NCBI GenBank assembly: GCA_965214095.1
Contig: OZ243938.1
Coordinates: 3,808,001-3,872,000 of the forward strand
Direction of reading: 5' to 3'
DNA: 64,000 nt
Source of the DNA: Candidatus Poribacteria bacterium
GTDB lineage: Bacteria > Poribacteria > WGA-4E > WGA-3G
The notes under the pieces were generated by a model, which searched no databases, was not told the origin of the DNA, and was given only the letters and a program-made list of their open reading frames with translations. Both the position numbers and the translations under genes were made by a program. Shown in pieces: positions 19,990 through 31,236 of this stretch (positions are counted from its first letter, which is position 1; each line of letters opens with the position of its first letter).

Positions 19990-20132
19990 ATAGAGTTGAA
20001 GAAAGTAGGGGCTCTGGCTTAATTACCTACCGAGACTCGGTAATAGTTGAAGATGTTTCGTGTGAAAATACCGAAACAAGTTTAACAACCGTAGTTAGGT
20101 CAAGCCTCCAGTGTTCTGGAGGCTTTTTATTT
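19990..20132 (+). promoter_or_regulatory. L10 leader (rplJ autoregulation) ending in an attenuator-like terminator
   Basis: AAGA.AGTAGG...TAA..ACCTAC.GAG core; hairpin AAGCCTCCAG/CTGGAGGCTT plus U-tract upstream of rplJ. Confidence 0.7.
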
Positions 20133-20169
20133 GCTTATGGAGTAGTCACAATGTGAAAGGAGCTAACCT

Positions 20170-20730
20170 ATGCCGAATGAAGCAAATGTTCAGCAGGTTG
20201 GACAGATACGTGAGTTATTTGAAAACTCAGACGTGATTCTATTGACAGATTTTAAAGGACTGACTGTTGCAGAGGTGAATGATCTGCGACAACAGTTACG
20301 TGAAGCAAATGTCCAATATAAAGTCTGCAAGAATACGTTAATTAATGTTGTTGCGGAAGAGAAAGAGATTGAAGGGCTTGCCCCATATTTAATAGGTAAC
20401 ACCGCACTTGCGGCGTGTGATGACCCCGCGGCTACGAGCAAAATCCTCTTTAATTTTATTGAGGAACATGAAAGTCTCAAAATTAAAGGTGGTATCCTTG
20501 GAAAACAGGTGATTGACGCGAATGGCGTTAAAGCCCTTCAAGATATGCCTTCAAGAGAGGAATTAATTGCACAGGCTATCGGTGGAATTGGTGCACCGCT
20601 CTATGGACTTGTTAATGTGTTGAATAACGGATCACCTATGCAGGGATTTGTTAATGTGCTTAGTAATACAATTGGTCAGGTTTCATCTGTGTTAACGCAG
20701 ATCGCCGAACAGAAAAAAGCAGCCGAATAG
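20170..20730 (+). CDS. rplJ: 50S ribosomal protein L10
   Basis: GLTV.....[15 protein letters not shown]. Confidence 0.97.
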   Translation: MPNEANVQQVGQIRELFENSDVILLTDFKGLTVAEVNDLRQQLREANVQYKVCKNTLINVVAEEKEIEGLAPYLIGNTALAACDDPAATSKILFNFIEEHESLKIKGGILGKQVIDANGVKALQDMPSREELIAQAIGGIGAPLYGLVNVLNNGSPMQGFVNVLSNTIGQVSSVLTQIAEQKKAAE

Positions 20731-20767
20731 GCATAACTATAATTTAGATTTAGAAAGGATTATAAAA

Positions 20768-21166
20768 ATGGCAGATATAGAAAAATTGATAGACGAAATT
20801 AGCGAGATGACTGTTTTGGAACTCTCCGAATTAGTAACAGCACTTGAAGAAAAATTTGGTGTGAGTGCTTCTGCTATGCCAGCAATGGCAGTTGCGGGTG
20901 CAGTCCCGGCGGCAGGTGGTGCAGCTGAAGCTGCCGAAGAGGAAGCTGCTGAAAAAACCGAGTTTGATGTCCAACTCAAAGAAATCGGTGGACAGAAGAT
21001 ACCTGTGATTAAAGAAGTCCGCTCCATTACTGGACTCGGTTTAAAGGAAGCAAAAGAGAAGGTTGAATCTGCACCGGTTGTCATTCAAGAGGGTGTCAGC
21101 AAAGAAGACGCAGAAAAAACCAAAGAGCAGCTTGAAGCCATCGGCGCAGTCGTCGAAATTCAATAA
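20768..21166 (+). CDS. rplL: 50S ribosomal protein L7/L12
   Basis: [29 protein letters not shown]. Confidence 0.98.
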   Translation: MADIEKLIDEISEMTVLELSELVTALEEKFGVSASAMPAMAVAGAVPAAGGAAEAAEEEAAEKTEFDVQLKEIGGQKIPVIKEVRSITGLGLKEAKEKVESAPVVIQEGVSKEDAEKTKEQLEAIGAVVEIQ

Positions 21167-21219
21167 ATTCAGTTTATACCTTCAATATATGTTGGTATAT
21201 TTACTAAATTGATTTACCG

Positions 21220-21257
21220 AACCCCATTATGGTTGCATACTATAATGGGGTTTTCTT
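21220..21257 (+). terminator. Intrinsic terminator after rplL
   Basis: AACCCCATTAT...ATAATGGGGTT followed by TTCTT. Confidence 0.65.
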
Positions 21258-21265
21258 ACAAGTAG

Positions 21266-22126
21266 ATGCCAGATAACACAGAAGTCTTCAGTCTCGCAGA
21301 GATCTTTTATCTTGTTTTCAGTCAACTCGCTGTAGGTGGGTTTGCAGCGATGCTACTCATACCGAAAGGTGTAGTGAATGCCAATTTTTATCGGTTGATG
21401 GGTGGGATCTATCTACTGGTAGGTGTTTTGGCGCGTTGTGCCAATCTTTACCTTAATAAAATACCTGTTACTTTTATGAGTTTCTTAGGTAAATTGCCGA
21501 ATTATGAATCTATTCTGGTTTTCTGTTTTGTCTTAATTGTCTTATGCTATACATGGAGTTGGTGGTTAAAATCGTCTGTTCTAACGGATGTATTATTTTA
21601 TGTAGGGATTCTTTGCGGGTGTATCTGGATAATTCTCAGTGCTACCGAATACTTTGAAGTTGTTCAATTTTCTGGTGGAAAATATATTCTAACATTTCAG
21701 TTCTTGGTTTCTGCATTACTTCTTGGAATAGTACATACGGGGATGTGGTTTGGTCATTGGTATCTTGTGACACCGGATTTGCCTGTGTCGTATCTGAGAA
21801 GATTTAACACTGTTTTGCTGTGGACACTTGTTGTATCTGTTGTTCTATTTTCTGTGAATATGTTTGTTAGATCGCAAGCACAAGATGTTGTGTCGTTTAA
21901 CTTTCATTTTCAACTCATCCTTTGGATGCGGGTAGGTATTGGTTTTGCTGGCACACTAATTTTGTATTTTATTACTTGGGACTGTTTGCGTCCGAAATCT
22001 GTTGCGAAGGATGAACTTGGTGCGACGCGTGCTGCTACGGGTTTTCTTTTCATTGCTATAATTACCGTCTTTTTGGGAGAGTTTTGTAGTTGGTATCTGT
22101 TTTTGTCTATGCAGTTTTTGTTTTGA
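21266..22126 (+). CDS. Uncharacterised polytopic membrane protein (GHWYL motif)
   Basis: About 8 hydrophobic segments; GMWFGHWYLV and ATGFLFIA motifs. Confidence 0.6.
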   Translation: MPDNTEVFSLAEIFYLVFSQLAVGGFAAMLLIPKGVVNANFYRLMGGIYLLVGVLARCANLYLNKIPVTFMSFLGKLPNYESILVFCFVLIVLCYTWSWWLKSSVLTDVLFYVGILCGCIWIILSATEYFEVVQFSGGKYILTFQFLVSALLLGIVHTGMWFGHWYLVTPDLPVSYLRRFNTVLLWTLVVSVVLFSVNMFVRSQAQDVVSFNFHFQLILWMRVGIGFAGTLILYFITWDCLRPKSVAKDELGATRAATGFLFIAIITVFLGEFCSWYLFLSMQFLF

Positions 22127-22173
22127 ATGGAATAGAATCTATTGATAATAGAATTGCTATTTTGATTGGTAAC

Positions 22174-22202
22174 TTGACAAGAACATATTCGTGATATATT
22201 CT
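22174..22202 (+). promoter_or_regulatory. Sigma70-type promoter
   Basis: TTGACA-17 nt-TATTCT upstream of 22253. Confidence 0.6.
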
Positions 22203-22252
22203 GATTGTAACAATATCTAAATCAAAATAAATCTATGAGAGGGTAAAATTAA

Positions 22253-25200
22253 ATGAACTTTAAGCATCAGGTTAAAATACTCAGTGTTCTATTGATATTC
22301 ATTTTTATTACAAGTGTCAATGCGCAACAGAATCTCGCACAACAAGCTTATGCGATTTTTGAGCAGTCCTGTCTGATATGCCACGGGGAAAACGGTTCTT
22401 ATACAGAGGCACTGATCGTTGAACATACGGCTCTCATTGATGATGGAAAAGTCGTTCCTGGTGATCCAGACGGTTCCGTATTCTATCAACGACTCACTGA
22501 AACGGATATTGCAAAACGGATGCCTCTTGGACAACCCGCGCTTGAACCTACAGCGATTGAGACGATACGGCAATGGATATTAGCAGGTGCACCTGATTGG
22601 GACGCTATTCCCACACTAAAACCCAATTTCATTTCTACTGATGTAATGCTTGAAGCGATTGGAAACCACGTTAATTCTCTTTCAATGCGTGATAAATCGT
22701 TTGCCCGTTATTTTACATTAACACATCTCTATAATGCAGGCGAGACGACTGAAACATTAAATGCATATCGGCGTGCACTCTCAAAACTGATAAATAGCCT
22801 CTCTTGGGGGCGTGAAATAGTCAAACCGCAACCAATAGATATTCAACAAACTGTTTACTACATTGACCTACGTAAATATGAATGGGATGTTAGAAATGAA
22901 GCATGGACGCAGATTGAACAGGTATATCCATACCAAATGACGTTTGACGCACCAACACAAACGAATCTTAAAGAGAAACTAACGCTACTACAGCAGGAGA
23001 CGAACAGTGAAGTGCCGTTTGTTCAGGTGGATTGGTTTCTCGCGACCGCATCGTTGCCACCGCTCTATTACGATATCTTGCAGCTGCCACTAACAGAACG
23101 AGTACTTGAAGTATTGCTTGGGGTATCAGTTAAAGAAAATATTCTGAACACTCCTGGAAAACATGTCTGGCGCGCGGGTTTCAACGACTCTGGTGTCTCA
23201 AATCACAACAGAGTTGTTGAACGGCACACTTTCGAACACGGCGCATACTGGAAAAGCTACGACTTCGCCGGAAGTGTTGGCACACAGAACATTTTCACGC
23301 ATCCAATTTCTTTTGAACACGACGGCAGCGAAATTATTTTTAACCTGCCGAATGGACTGCAGGCATACTATCTTGTAAATGCGGAGGGCAACCGACTGAA
23401 TGTAGCACCGACAGATATCGTTTCAAATCCTGCTTCGAGTGATCCTGCTGTACGTAATGGACTTTCCTGTATCGGATGCCACACAGAAGGAATGAAGACG
23501 TTTGAAGACGAAGTGCGTGCTACCGTTGAACAGGCAGATAACCCACCCTTTAACAAAGAACAGGTGTTAACACTCTATGTAGAAAAAAACGAGATGGATG
23601 CACTTATCACCCAAGATACGCAACGTTACAGGGAAGCACTTGAGGCAACTGGCGGTGTGTTTGGTGGCATTGAACCCGTTCAGCGATCCCATGAAGCGTT
23701 TCAAGCACCGCTTGATGCAGCACACGCCGCCGCTTCTCTCGGTTTGCAGACCCCGAGCCTCCTTGAAAAAATTCAACAAAATGTTGATCTACAAAACTTA
23801 GGATTGCTGGTACTAGAGAACGGCACCATCAAACGGGATACATGGACACAACAGTGGACCGACATTGTTCACGCATTGAATTTCCCACAAGAAAGCATAG
23901 TAACACCCGTTGAACCGATCCCCGAACACATTCTTGGGACTATTGTAAACATCCGCGACCCTGCACTGCGTCAAGTTATTGTATCTATCCTTGATAATGC
24001 ACGTTGGTCGCAAGCGTCATTTGATAATAAAAAGAATTTCCAATGGACAGAAGATCCTTTTGATTACCAAATTACAGTGGAGGAGATGGAAGCACTTACG
24101 ACAATTTCTGTGTTTGGTACTGTTCAAGATTTAGAAGGTCTCCAATTCGCAACGGGGTTAATAAGCCTTTATATCCGTAGTGCCATAAACATCTCTGACA
24201 TTTCACCCCTTGCAGAACTAACGAGTTTAGAGCATCTGGAGATCATTGGAGACAACAACATCTCAGATATTTCACCTCTCGCCGGACTTACAAACTTAGA
24301 GCACTTGGAGATCGCTGGGAAAGAAATTGTTCGTTTTTCATCCGGCAGCATATCAGAAAGATTGAGATACTTTGGTAGATCGGGGAACGAAATCTCAGAT
24401 ATTTCACCCCTCGTCGGACTTACGAACTTAGAAACGTTATCTCTCTACGATAGCAACATATCGGATCTATTACCACTTGGGGGACTCACTGCGCTAAAAT
24501 CTCTGAATCTCAATAATAACAACATATCCGATGTATTGGCACTTGGAGGTCTAACTAATTTGGAGTCTTTGTCTCTGGGGGATTATAGCACATCTGAAGC
24601 TGGGGGCACCTATAGTTCATATAATAACATCTTTGATATTTCACCACTTGCGGGACTCCACTCGCTGGACTCATTGCGTTGAGAAAACTGCATCTCAGCT
24701 ATAATAACATATCAGACATATCGCCTCTGAAGGCGTTTTTCGTGCCTCGGAATGGTGATTTGCGTGATAGAATAAAGGTAGTACTAGGGAATCATGATGC
24801 TTGGGGGCAAGGATGGAAACCGATGGCAAATGCAAGTGACGGTGCCGTAACAGAAGCAGACATCGCAGCTACTGGTGCGATAGAGGGTGCCTCAGTTGGT
24901 GCAAATGTGTGGGAACTACACGAATGGTACGGGAACAAGCTCGGTGAACAGCTGGAAACTTTAGGGATAGAAAAACTAAGTACGCAGACTATTGTTTATG
25001 GGTGTACCTTTCTGGATTCACCACGGGATCAGGAAACAACGCTATACATTCCTGGTGGATATTTTGTAAAAGCCTGGCTAAATGGAAATCTTTTACACAG
25101 TGAATGGGGACGACTCCAAGTTGTCCCTGTTACGTTGAAAAAAGGGAAAAATATCCTGTTATTCGGTGTGAGTGGTGAGAGAATGTTGCATAACAGCTTC

Positions 25201-26274
25201 GCATTTCCAGACAGCACAGAATTCACCGTATCTATACCAGGTGTGGCGTGGACCCTCTCTCATTCTCCAATCAATGCTGGAGATACGTTCACCCTCGATT
25301 TCAGCGCAAGAAATGTCATTGATTTCGCGGAATGGCAATTTGATATTTCTTTTGATCCAACCGCACTTGAAGTGCTTGAAGTCAACGAAGGGGATTTCAT
25401 GACACAGAATGGAGGTGCCTTCTTTCAGAAAGGAACAATTGATAACACTGCTGGCAAAATCGAAGGATTCAGTTCAGCGACATTGACTACAAACGGAGTC
25501 AAGGGCACAGGAGTGTTACTCTCTGTGACTTTCAAAGCAAAAACTGAAGGTGAAAAACAAGTAGCCCTACATAACTTCCAATTCTTAACTATATCAGGAA
25601 AGACAATCCCTGCCGGACCACATGAGTTTATCTTCACGATAAAGGAACAACTCATCGGGGATGTGAACAGGGACGGACGTGTTAGCATCCAAGATATGAT
25701 TCTTGTTTCCCGTGTCTTTGGAAAGGATGCATCCGACTACCCCTTTGCAGATATAAATCAAGATGGGAAGATCAACATCCAAGACCTTATCATTGTCGCA
25801 CAACACATAGGTGAGACAACAGATTCCGCGGCAGCTCCAATTGTTGTCATAGACAGCAATGAACTAACACCAGCAATTGTCCAAGCATGGATAAAGCAGG
25901 CACAAATTGAAGATGATGGATCACTTGCTTTCCGACAAGGAATAGATAATCTCAAGGAACTATTAGCATCGTTACTTCCTGAAAAAACTGCTTTGCTCGC
26001 GAACTATCCAAATCCGTTTAATCCTGAGACTTGGATACCGTATCAACTTGCGAAACCTGCGGATGTTACTTTGACAATCTATGCTGCTAATGGTGCTGTT
26101 GTTCGGACATTGACGTTAGGACATCAAGCTGCAGGTATCTATCAGAGTCCTAATCGTGCAATACACTGGGATGGTAAAAACGATGTTGGGGAGGAAGTTG
26201 CAAGCGGAATCTATTTTTACACTTTAATTGCAGATGATTTCACATCAACTCGGAAATTGTTGATACGGAAGTAA
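22253..26274 (+). pseudogene. Frameshifted secreted protein: cytochrome c + LRR + cohesin + dockerin + FlgD/T9SS-like CTD (ORFs 22253-24682 and 24679-26274)
   Basis: Signal peptide, CLICH and CIGCH, ISDISPLAGL LRRs continuing across a frame change at ~24658, cohesin WQFDI.FDP..L, dockerin GDVNRDG/DINQDG, NYPNPFNPETWIPY...WDG.N..GE.VASG.YFY. Confidence 0.8.
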
Positions 26275-26403
26275 TCTATTCTATGTTGGTCTTCATACCG
26301 ATAACTATATGTTTAGAACTCTAACGAGGAAATTATTTTAATTGTAAATTCAACATTAGTACGCTAAACTAAAATCATACATTTATTGTTTAGGAGGAAC
26401 ATA

Positions 26404-27474
26404 ATGCAATCGCAAATATTCTATGAACCAGAATCAATGGAACTTGAAGATCGTCCAGTGCCTGAAGCTGGAGATAATGATCTATTAGTTCAAGTGCGGT
26501 CAGTCGGAATCTGTGGGTCGGATGTAGCATATTATTTCGGATATAGTTCACTTGAAACAGATGACGGAAAAGGACCGCTCATCCTTGGACACGAATTTAC
26601 AGGTGAAGTCGTTGAAGTTGGGAATGAGGCAGGTAAAACTGGTGGATTCAAAGTTGGGGATCGAGTTGTTGTTAATCCTGTTCAATCCAACCCAAATTCT
26701 TTTTGGAGCAAAAAGGGATTGTCAAACCTATGTCCAGAAAAACGTATTTTGGGTGTAGGTGTTGATGGAGGATTCGCTGAATACGCTGTTTCAGATTATC
26801 GTTGGACTGTGAAACTACCTGAGAATGTTACTTATGATCAAGGGGCACTGACAGAACCGCTGGCATGTGGATTGTATGCTATCAACAATCTCAATGCTGA
26901 AGAAGGACAAACTGCTGTTGTTTTTGGTCCTGGTCCTATCGGTTTGATGATGGTACAAGTGCTGAAAAGTCGTGGTTTGAAGAACGTGCTGCTTGTTGGG
27001 ACCCGTGATTATCGCTTGGATTGTGGTAAGGAACTTGGTGCGGATGTTGTTGTTAACGTTAGCGATAAAGATTCCCCGCACTACGTTGAAGACCTCGGTG
27101 CAACAATTCAGGATCTCAACAATGGTGAATTGGCAGACCGAGCCATTACTGCGACAAGTTCACTTGATGCTATTCATTCTGCGCTTGAAGTTACAGGTAG
27201 ACATGCAACCGTTGTAATCTTTGGACTTCCCGGGGACAAAGATGTGATGCAGGTTCCGATACTTGATACCATTCTCATGGATAAAACCATCAGGTTCTCC
27301 TGGTTAGCACCTGACACATGGGAAGAAGCCGTTCAACTCATATCCAGTGGTGATGTCAATATGGACAAAATCATCAGTCATGAATTTTCGCTTGATACAC
27401 TTGTTGAAGGGATTACGAAAGTCCGAAATCGCGAAGATAAATGCACAAAAGGATTGATAAAAGTTTCTTCTTAA
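26404..27474 (+). CDS. Zinc-binding (MDR) dehydrogenase, sorbitol/threonine DH-like
   Basis: GICGSD, ILGHE, GGFAEY, GPGPIG; AGGAGG RBS. Confidence 0.9.
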   Translation: MQSQIFYEPESMELEDRPVPEAGDNDLLVQVRSVGICGSDVAYYFGYSSLETDDGKGPLILGHEFTGEVVEVGNEAGKTGGFKVGDRVVVNPVQSNPNSFWSKKGLSNLCPEKRILGVGVDGGFAEYAVSDYRWTVKLPENVTYDQGALTEPLACGLYAINNLNAEEGQTAVVFGPGPIGLMMVQVLKSRGLKNVLLVGTRDYRLDCGKELGADVVVNVSDKDSPHYVEDLGATIQDLNNGELADRAITATSSLDAIHSALEVTGRHATVVIFGLPGDKDVMQVPILDTILMDKTIRFSWLAPDTWEEAVQLISSGDVNMDKIISHEFSLDTLVEGITKVRNREDKCTKGLIKVSS

Positions 27475-27487
27475 GTCTGAGTAGAAC

Positions 27488-27835
27488 ATGGGTATTCCAT
27501 TTTTCATCGTTTTTGCATTATCCATAGTCTTTTTGTCTCTTGGCATCACAGGATGGGGTGACTTTGTATCAATAGAGTGGCCTGAACAGAGTGCGCCTGA
27601 TGTAGAAGTTGAAGATGTGGAAGTCACCCCATACCTAAATATTAAAGGAAATTACCGCGCAATTGTCCAATGCATATCTGGATTCTTACTATTTTTGCTA
27701 AGTCTCTATGTAATGGGATTCTTGTTATATCTTGAGGAACGTGAAAGTGGTAGAATAATGAAAAATGTCAAGAGTTTTGTCAAGTTAAGACAATTTTTGG
27801 AACGTCGTAAAAAAAGAAGAGATATCTCACAATGA
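27488..27835 (+). CDS. Small hypothetical membrane protein
   Basis: Two hydrophobic segments; follows the dehydrogenase. Confidence 0.55.
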   Translation: MGIPFFIVFALSIVFLSLGITGWGDFVSIEWPEQSAPDVEVEDVEVTPYLNIKGNYRAIVQCISGFLLFLLSLYVMGFLLYLEERESGRIMKNVKSFVKLRQFLERRKKRRDISQ

Positions 27836-27933
27836 AATGTATCGTAAAAAATGGGACCAAATTGATCTACACCTAAGTTCAAAATTCATGATACATTCAC
27901 GTTAATCCTAACTTTGCGGAAAGGAGAGACACC

Positions 27934-28677
27934 GTGGACACCTATCCAAACGTGCACAAGACACCTTACGCACCGACAGAAACTGCAGACTTCTATCCTG
28001 AATCGGATGGTAAACCTATGGCAGATACGGATCTCCACATAAAGTGGATACTTTGGACGCGTCAAGTACTTGAGTGGCGTTTTGCTCAAAGATCCGATGT
28101 CTATATCTCTGGTAATATCATGATGTACGACATTGAGGGACCTCTCCGAACCGCAGTGTCTCCTGATATTCTCGTCTCTTTTGGTATCGGAAGGAAGGAG
28201 CATCGGACCTATAAGGTATGGGAAGTAGGTAAACCACCCGATTTTGTCATGGAGTTTTCAAGCAAGCGCACATATAAAAATGACTTAGAGTGGAAAGTTG
28301 AACACTATGCTTCCATGGGTATTCCTGAGTATTTCTTATATGATGTTGATAGACGTTATTTACCCGCACCGCTGATGGGTTATCGGCTTGTTGAGGATAC
28401 CTACAATGAAGTTGCCACAGTGGGAGATGATGTCCTGTATTCAGAAGTATTAAACCTGAATTTTCATTTGCTTGATGATGGGTTGGGTCTTTACGATCCA
28501 GATACGAAGGAATGGTTGCAAACATCTGCTGAGGCAGCGACAGACCGTGCAGAACAAGCTGAAGTCCGCGCAGAACAAGCTGAAGTTCGTGTGCAAGAAG
28601 AATCTGAAGCAAGGGAAAAAGCCGAAGCGGAAGTCTTACGACTCCAAGAGGAAATTGCACGTTTGAAAGCACGTTAA
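27934..28677 (+). CDS. Uma2 family (PD-(D/E)XK) endonuclease-like protein with coiled-coil tail
   Basis: YPESDGKPMA, SPD, PDFVME.SS..T...D, GIPEYFLYD; 21-bp tandem repeat 28546-28587. Confidence 0.9.
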   Translation: MDTYPNVHKTPYAPTETADFYPESDGKPMADTDLHIKWILWTRQVLEWRFAQRSDVYISGNIMMYDIEGPLRTAVSPDILVSFGIGRKEHRTYKVWEVGKPPDFVMEFSSKRTYKNDLEWKVEHYASMGIPEYFLYDVDRRYLPAPLMGYRLVEDTYNEVATVGDDVLYSEVLNLNFHLLDDGLGLYDPDTKEWLQTSAEAATDRAEQAEVRAEQAEVRVQEESEAREKAEAEVLRLQEEIARLKAR

Positions 28678-28682
28678 CGAAA

Positions 28683-29762
28683 GTGACACAACAATTGAAA
28701 AACGATTTAATTCTTCGCGCTGCGAGATGTTTACCTGTGGAACGTGTGCCTGTGTGGTTGATGCGGCAGGCAGGGAGATCAGACCCTCTCTATCGGCGAA
28801 TCCGAGAAGAACTTAACCTACCGTTGGAACGTCTGTTCCGAACTTGTCCCTTCCCAATATCAGACACTGATGTTGAATCTGCAGTAAAAATATCATTGCT
28901 GCCCAAACGGATCGGTGTAGATGCAATTATTGTTTATAAGGATATACTTACACCACTTGCTCCGATGGGAGCACAATTCAGATTCTCACCCGGACCTGTT
29001 TTAGACCGTCCAATACGTACACAATCACAAGTAGATGCACTCAGTCCATTGGACGATCCTTATGTACAATTGGAGTTCACTGGACAGGTGATACACACAC
29101 TTCGGAAAAGATTGAATGGTGAATTGCCACTCATCGGTTTTGCAGGAGCACCTTTGACACTTGCCTTTTTCCTCATTGCGGGGCAAAGTCCGATGAAAAA
29201 AGGTGAAGGAATGTCTGAAGCTGCGACCCCAGTATTTGAGATGATGGAAGATACGCCGGAAATCATGCACAAACTATTAAATAAATTGACTGAAATGACT
29301 ATTAACTATCTGAATTATCAAATCAGTCAAGGTGTTCAAGTTGTGCAGCTTTTTGAATCCATCGCTGATGTCCTATCACAGGATTTATATGAACGTTTTG
29401 CATTTCCCTACCATCAACGAATTTTTGCCGAAATTAATTCAGATGTTCCGGGAATACTGTTTGCAAAAGAGTGTCCATACATTAATCTAATGCACCAGAG
29501 TGGGGCAGGTGTCCTAAGTATTGGAAAATGTGTTGACCTTGAAAAGGCAAAATCCGAGACAGATGGTTCAGTTGCATTTCAAGGAAACGTTGATAATGAT
29601 TTACTCCGAGATGGCACTATTTCTCAGATTACGGATGCAGTCAAAGAATGTATTGAAAAAGGAAAAAAGACAGGACATATTCTAAACCTAAGCCATGGTC
29701 TCCACAGAGACACACCTTTTGAGAATGTCCAACATTTCGTAAAGATAGCAAAGACTTTTTAG
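28683..29762 (+). CDS. hemE: Uroporphyrinogen decarboxylase
   Basis: PVWLMRQAGR, LIGFAGAP.TLA, QGN.D, NL.HG. Confidence 0.93.
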   Translation: MTQQLKNDLILRAARCLPVERVPVWLMRQAGRSDPLYRRIREELNLPLERLFRTCPFPISDTDVESAVKISLLPKRIGVDAIIVYKDILTPLAPMGAQFRFSPGPVLDRPIRTQSQVDALSPLDDPYVQLEFTGQVIHTLRKRLNGELPLIGFAGAPLTLAFFLIAGQSPMKKGEGMSEAATPVFEMMEDTPEIMHKLLNKLTEMTINYLNYQISQGVQVVQLFESIADVLSQDLYERFAFPYHQRIFAEINSDVPGILFAKECPYINLMHQSGAGVLSIGKCVDLEKAKSETDGSVAFQGNVDNDLLRDGTISQITDAVKECIEKGKKTGHILNLSHGLHRDTPFENVQHFVKIAKTF

Positions 29763-29770
29763 GAATATTA

Positions 29771-31228
29771 ATGAGAAGCATACAAGAAAACCCATTTGCT
29801 CCACGACAATACGGAGAACTAATTAAGGTAACAGATCGTGTTTATCTATTTCGTAATATCGTCAACTCCTCAATAATTTTGGGGGAAAATGGTGTTGCTG
29901 TTATAGATACCCAAGTAAATCAGATGATGGGTAAAAGGCTGTTAAAGGCTATTCGCTCAATCACTAATAAACCGATACTATATGCGATAAATACACATTA
30001 TCATTGGGATCATACCAATGGGAACATTATTTTTCGGGAAGAAGGTGCGACGGTTGTTGCACGCGAAATGACCAAAGATTTTATGGTGAATAGAGCACCG
30101 CGACAAGAGGATTTTTTGCGTTCACGTGGTTTCACACTTGGGGATCCACCGTTTCTGCCGCAGCAGACATTTACTCACGAAACGGAACTTGATTTAGGAA
30201 ATCAACCCTTGCATCTCGTACATTTGGGTAAAGCAGAAACAGATGACGCATCTGCAATCAGAATTCCAGCAGAGGGATGTATTGTGTCTGGTGATACCGT
30301 TATGACCGGTAGTTTCCCTATTTTTGGACAACCTGTTATGAATGAAGGCCTCATGGCGAACCATGATTGGATTAACACTATTCAGGAATTGCGAACATAC
30401 AACCCTGAACATGTGCTACCGGGACACGGTCCTTTAGCACACGATGCAGAGATTGACTTGTTGCTGAAAATTGAGTCTTATTTCTTAACTGAAGTTCGTA
30501 AACGAGTTGAACAAGGTATGTCTTTAGCAGAATTGCTGTCGGATATGGAGGCTAACATGCCGAATTGGATTCGTGACATCGCGGAAGTATGGGGAACACC
30601 TCGTTATGCTATTCTTCGGGTATATCGCGGATTGATTGACGACCCGGAACCTGGATGGCAGCACTTCAAACCATCTGCTATTCCATCAGCAGATGTAAAT
30701 GAATTATGTCAACGAACACAAGAACTGACAGAATTTGTGTCGTATAAAGAGACAGCAGATGAGGTTGCAGAAGGGGATGATTTGGGATTAGCAATCGCTA
30801 TTTTGAAAGCAGCTACAGATAAATATGCGAATCTTCCAGAGGCCTGGACTGAATATGCTAATCTGTTGACTCAGGCATCTCGCACGGTGTCAAGTGTTCT
30901 TGAGAAAGGTGATTTCTTCTTTGAGGCGAAAAACGCACTTAACACCGCACTTGAAATAGATTCGGATTATGCCCCTGCACACCTATTACTCGGTTCAAGT
31001 TACATTTTTTCTGCATTTAGAAATGGTGATGATCCCACACCCGGTATGGAGTCAATATATAAAGCCTTAGTCAACGGCATTGAAGGCACAGAACTTGCGC
31101 AAGCGTATTTTTCAATAGGACTTGCACATCGGACAAATGGAGATGAGAAACTTGCCCGGGAAGCATTTGCACAAGCGGTTGCTGTTGACCCCAGTTTCAT
31201 GCCAGCACAATTGGCAAATATGGCATAG
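29771..31228 (+). CDS. MBL-fold metallo-hydrolase with C-terminal TPR region
   Basis: NTHYHWDH, GD, PGHG; TPR-like helices at C-terminus. Confidence 0.85.
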   Translation: MRSIQENPFAPRQYGELIKVTDRVYLFRNIVNSSIILGENGVAVIDTQVNQMMGKRLLKAIRSITNKPILYAINTHYHWDHTNGNIIFREEGATVVAREMTKDFMVNRAPRQEDFLRSRGFTLGDPPFLPQQTFTHETELDLGNQPLHLVHLGKAETDDASAIRIPAEGCIVSGDTVMTGSFPIFGQPVMNEGLMANHDWINTIQELRTYNPEHVLPGHGPLAHDAEIDLLLKIESYFLTEVRKRVEQGMSLAELLSDMEANMPNWIRDIAEVWGTPRYAILRVYRGLIDDPEPGWQHFKPSAIPSADVNELCQRTQELTEFVSYKETADEVAEGDDLGLAIAILKAATDKYANLPEAWTEYANLLTQASRTVSSVLEKGDFFFEAKNALNTALEIDSDYAPAHLLLGSSYIFSAFRNGDDPTPGMESIYKALVNGIEGTELAQAYFSIGLAHRTNGDEKLAREAFAQAVAVDPSFMPAQLANMA

Positions 31229-31236
31229 GAGAATAT

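Noticed and set aside
28546-28587. 21-bp tandem repeat as CRISPR or contingency locus
   Set aside because: Two in-frame copies encoding RAEQAEV, typical of Uma2 coiled-coil tails; no spacers or cas genes anywhere in the window.
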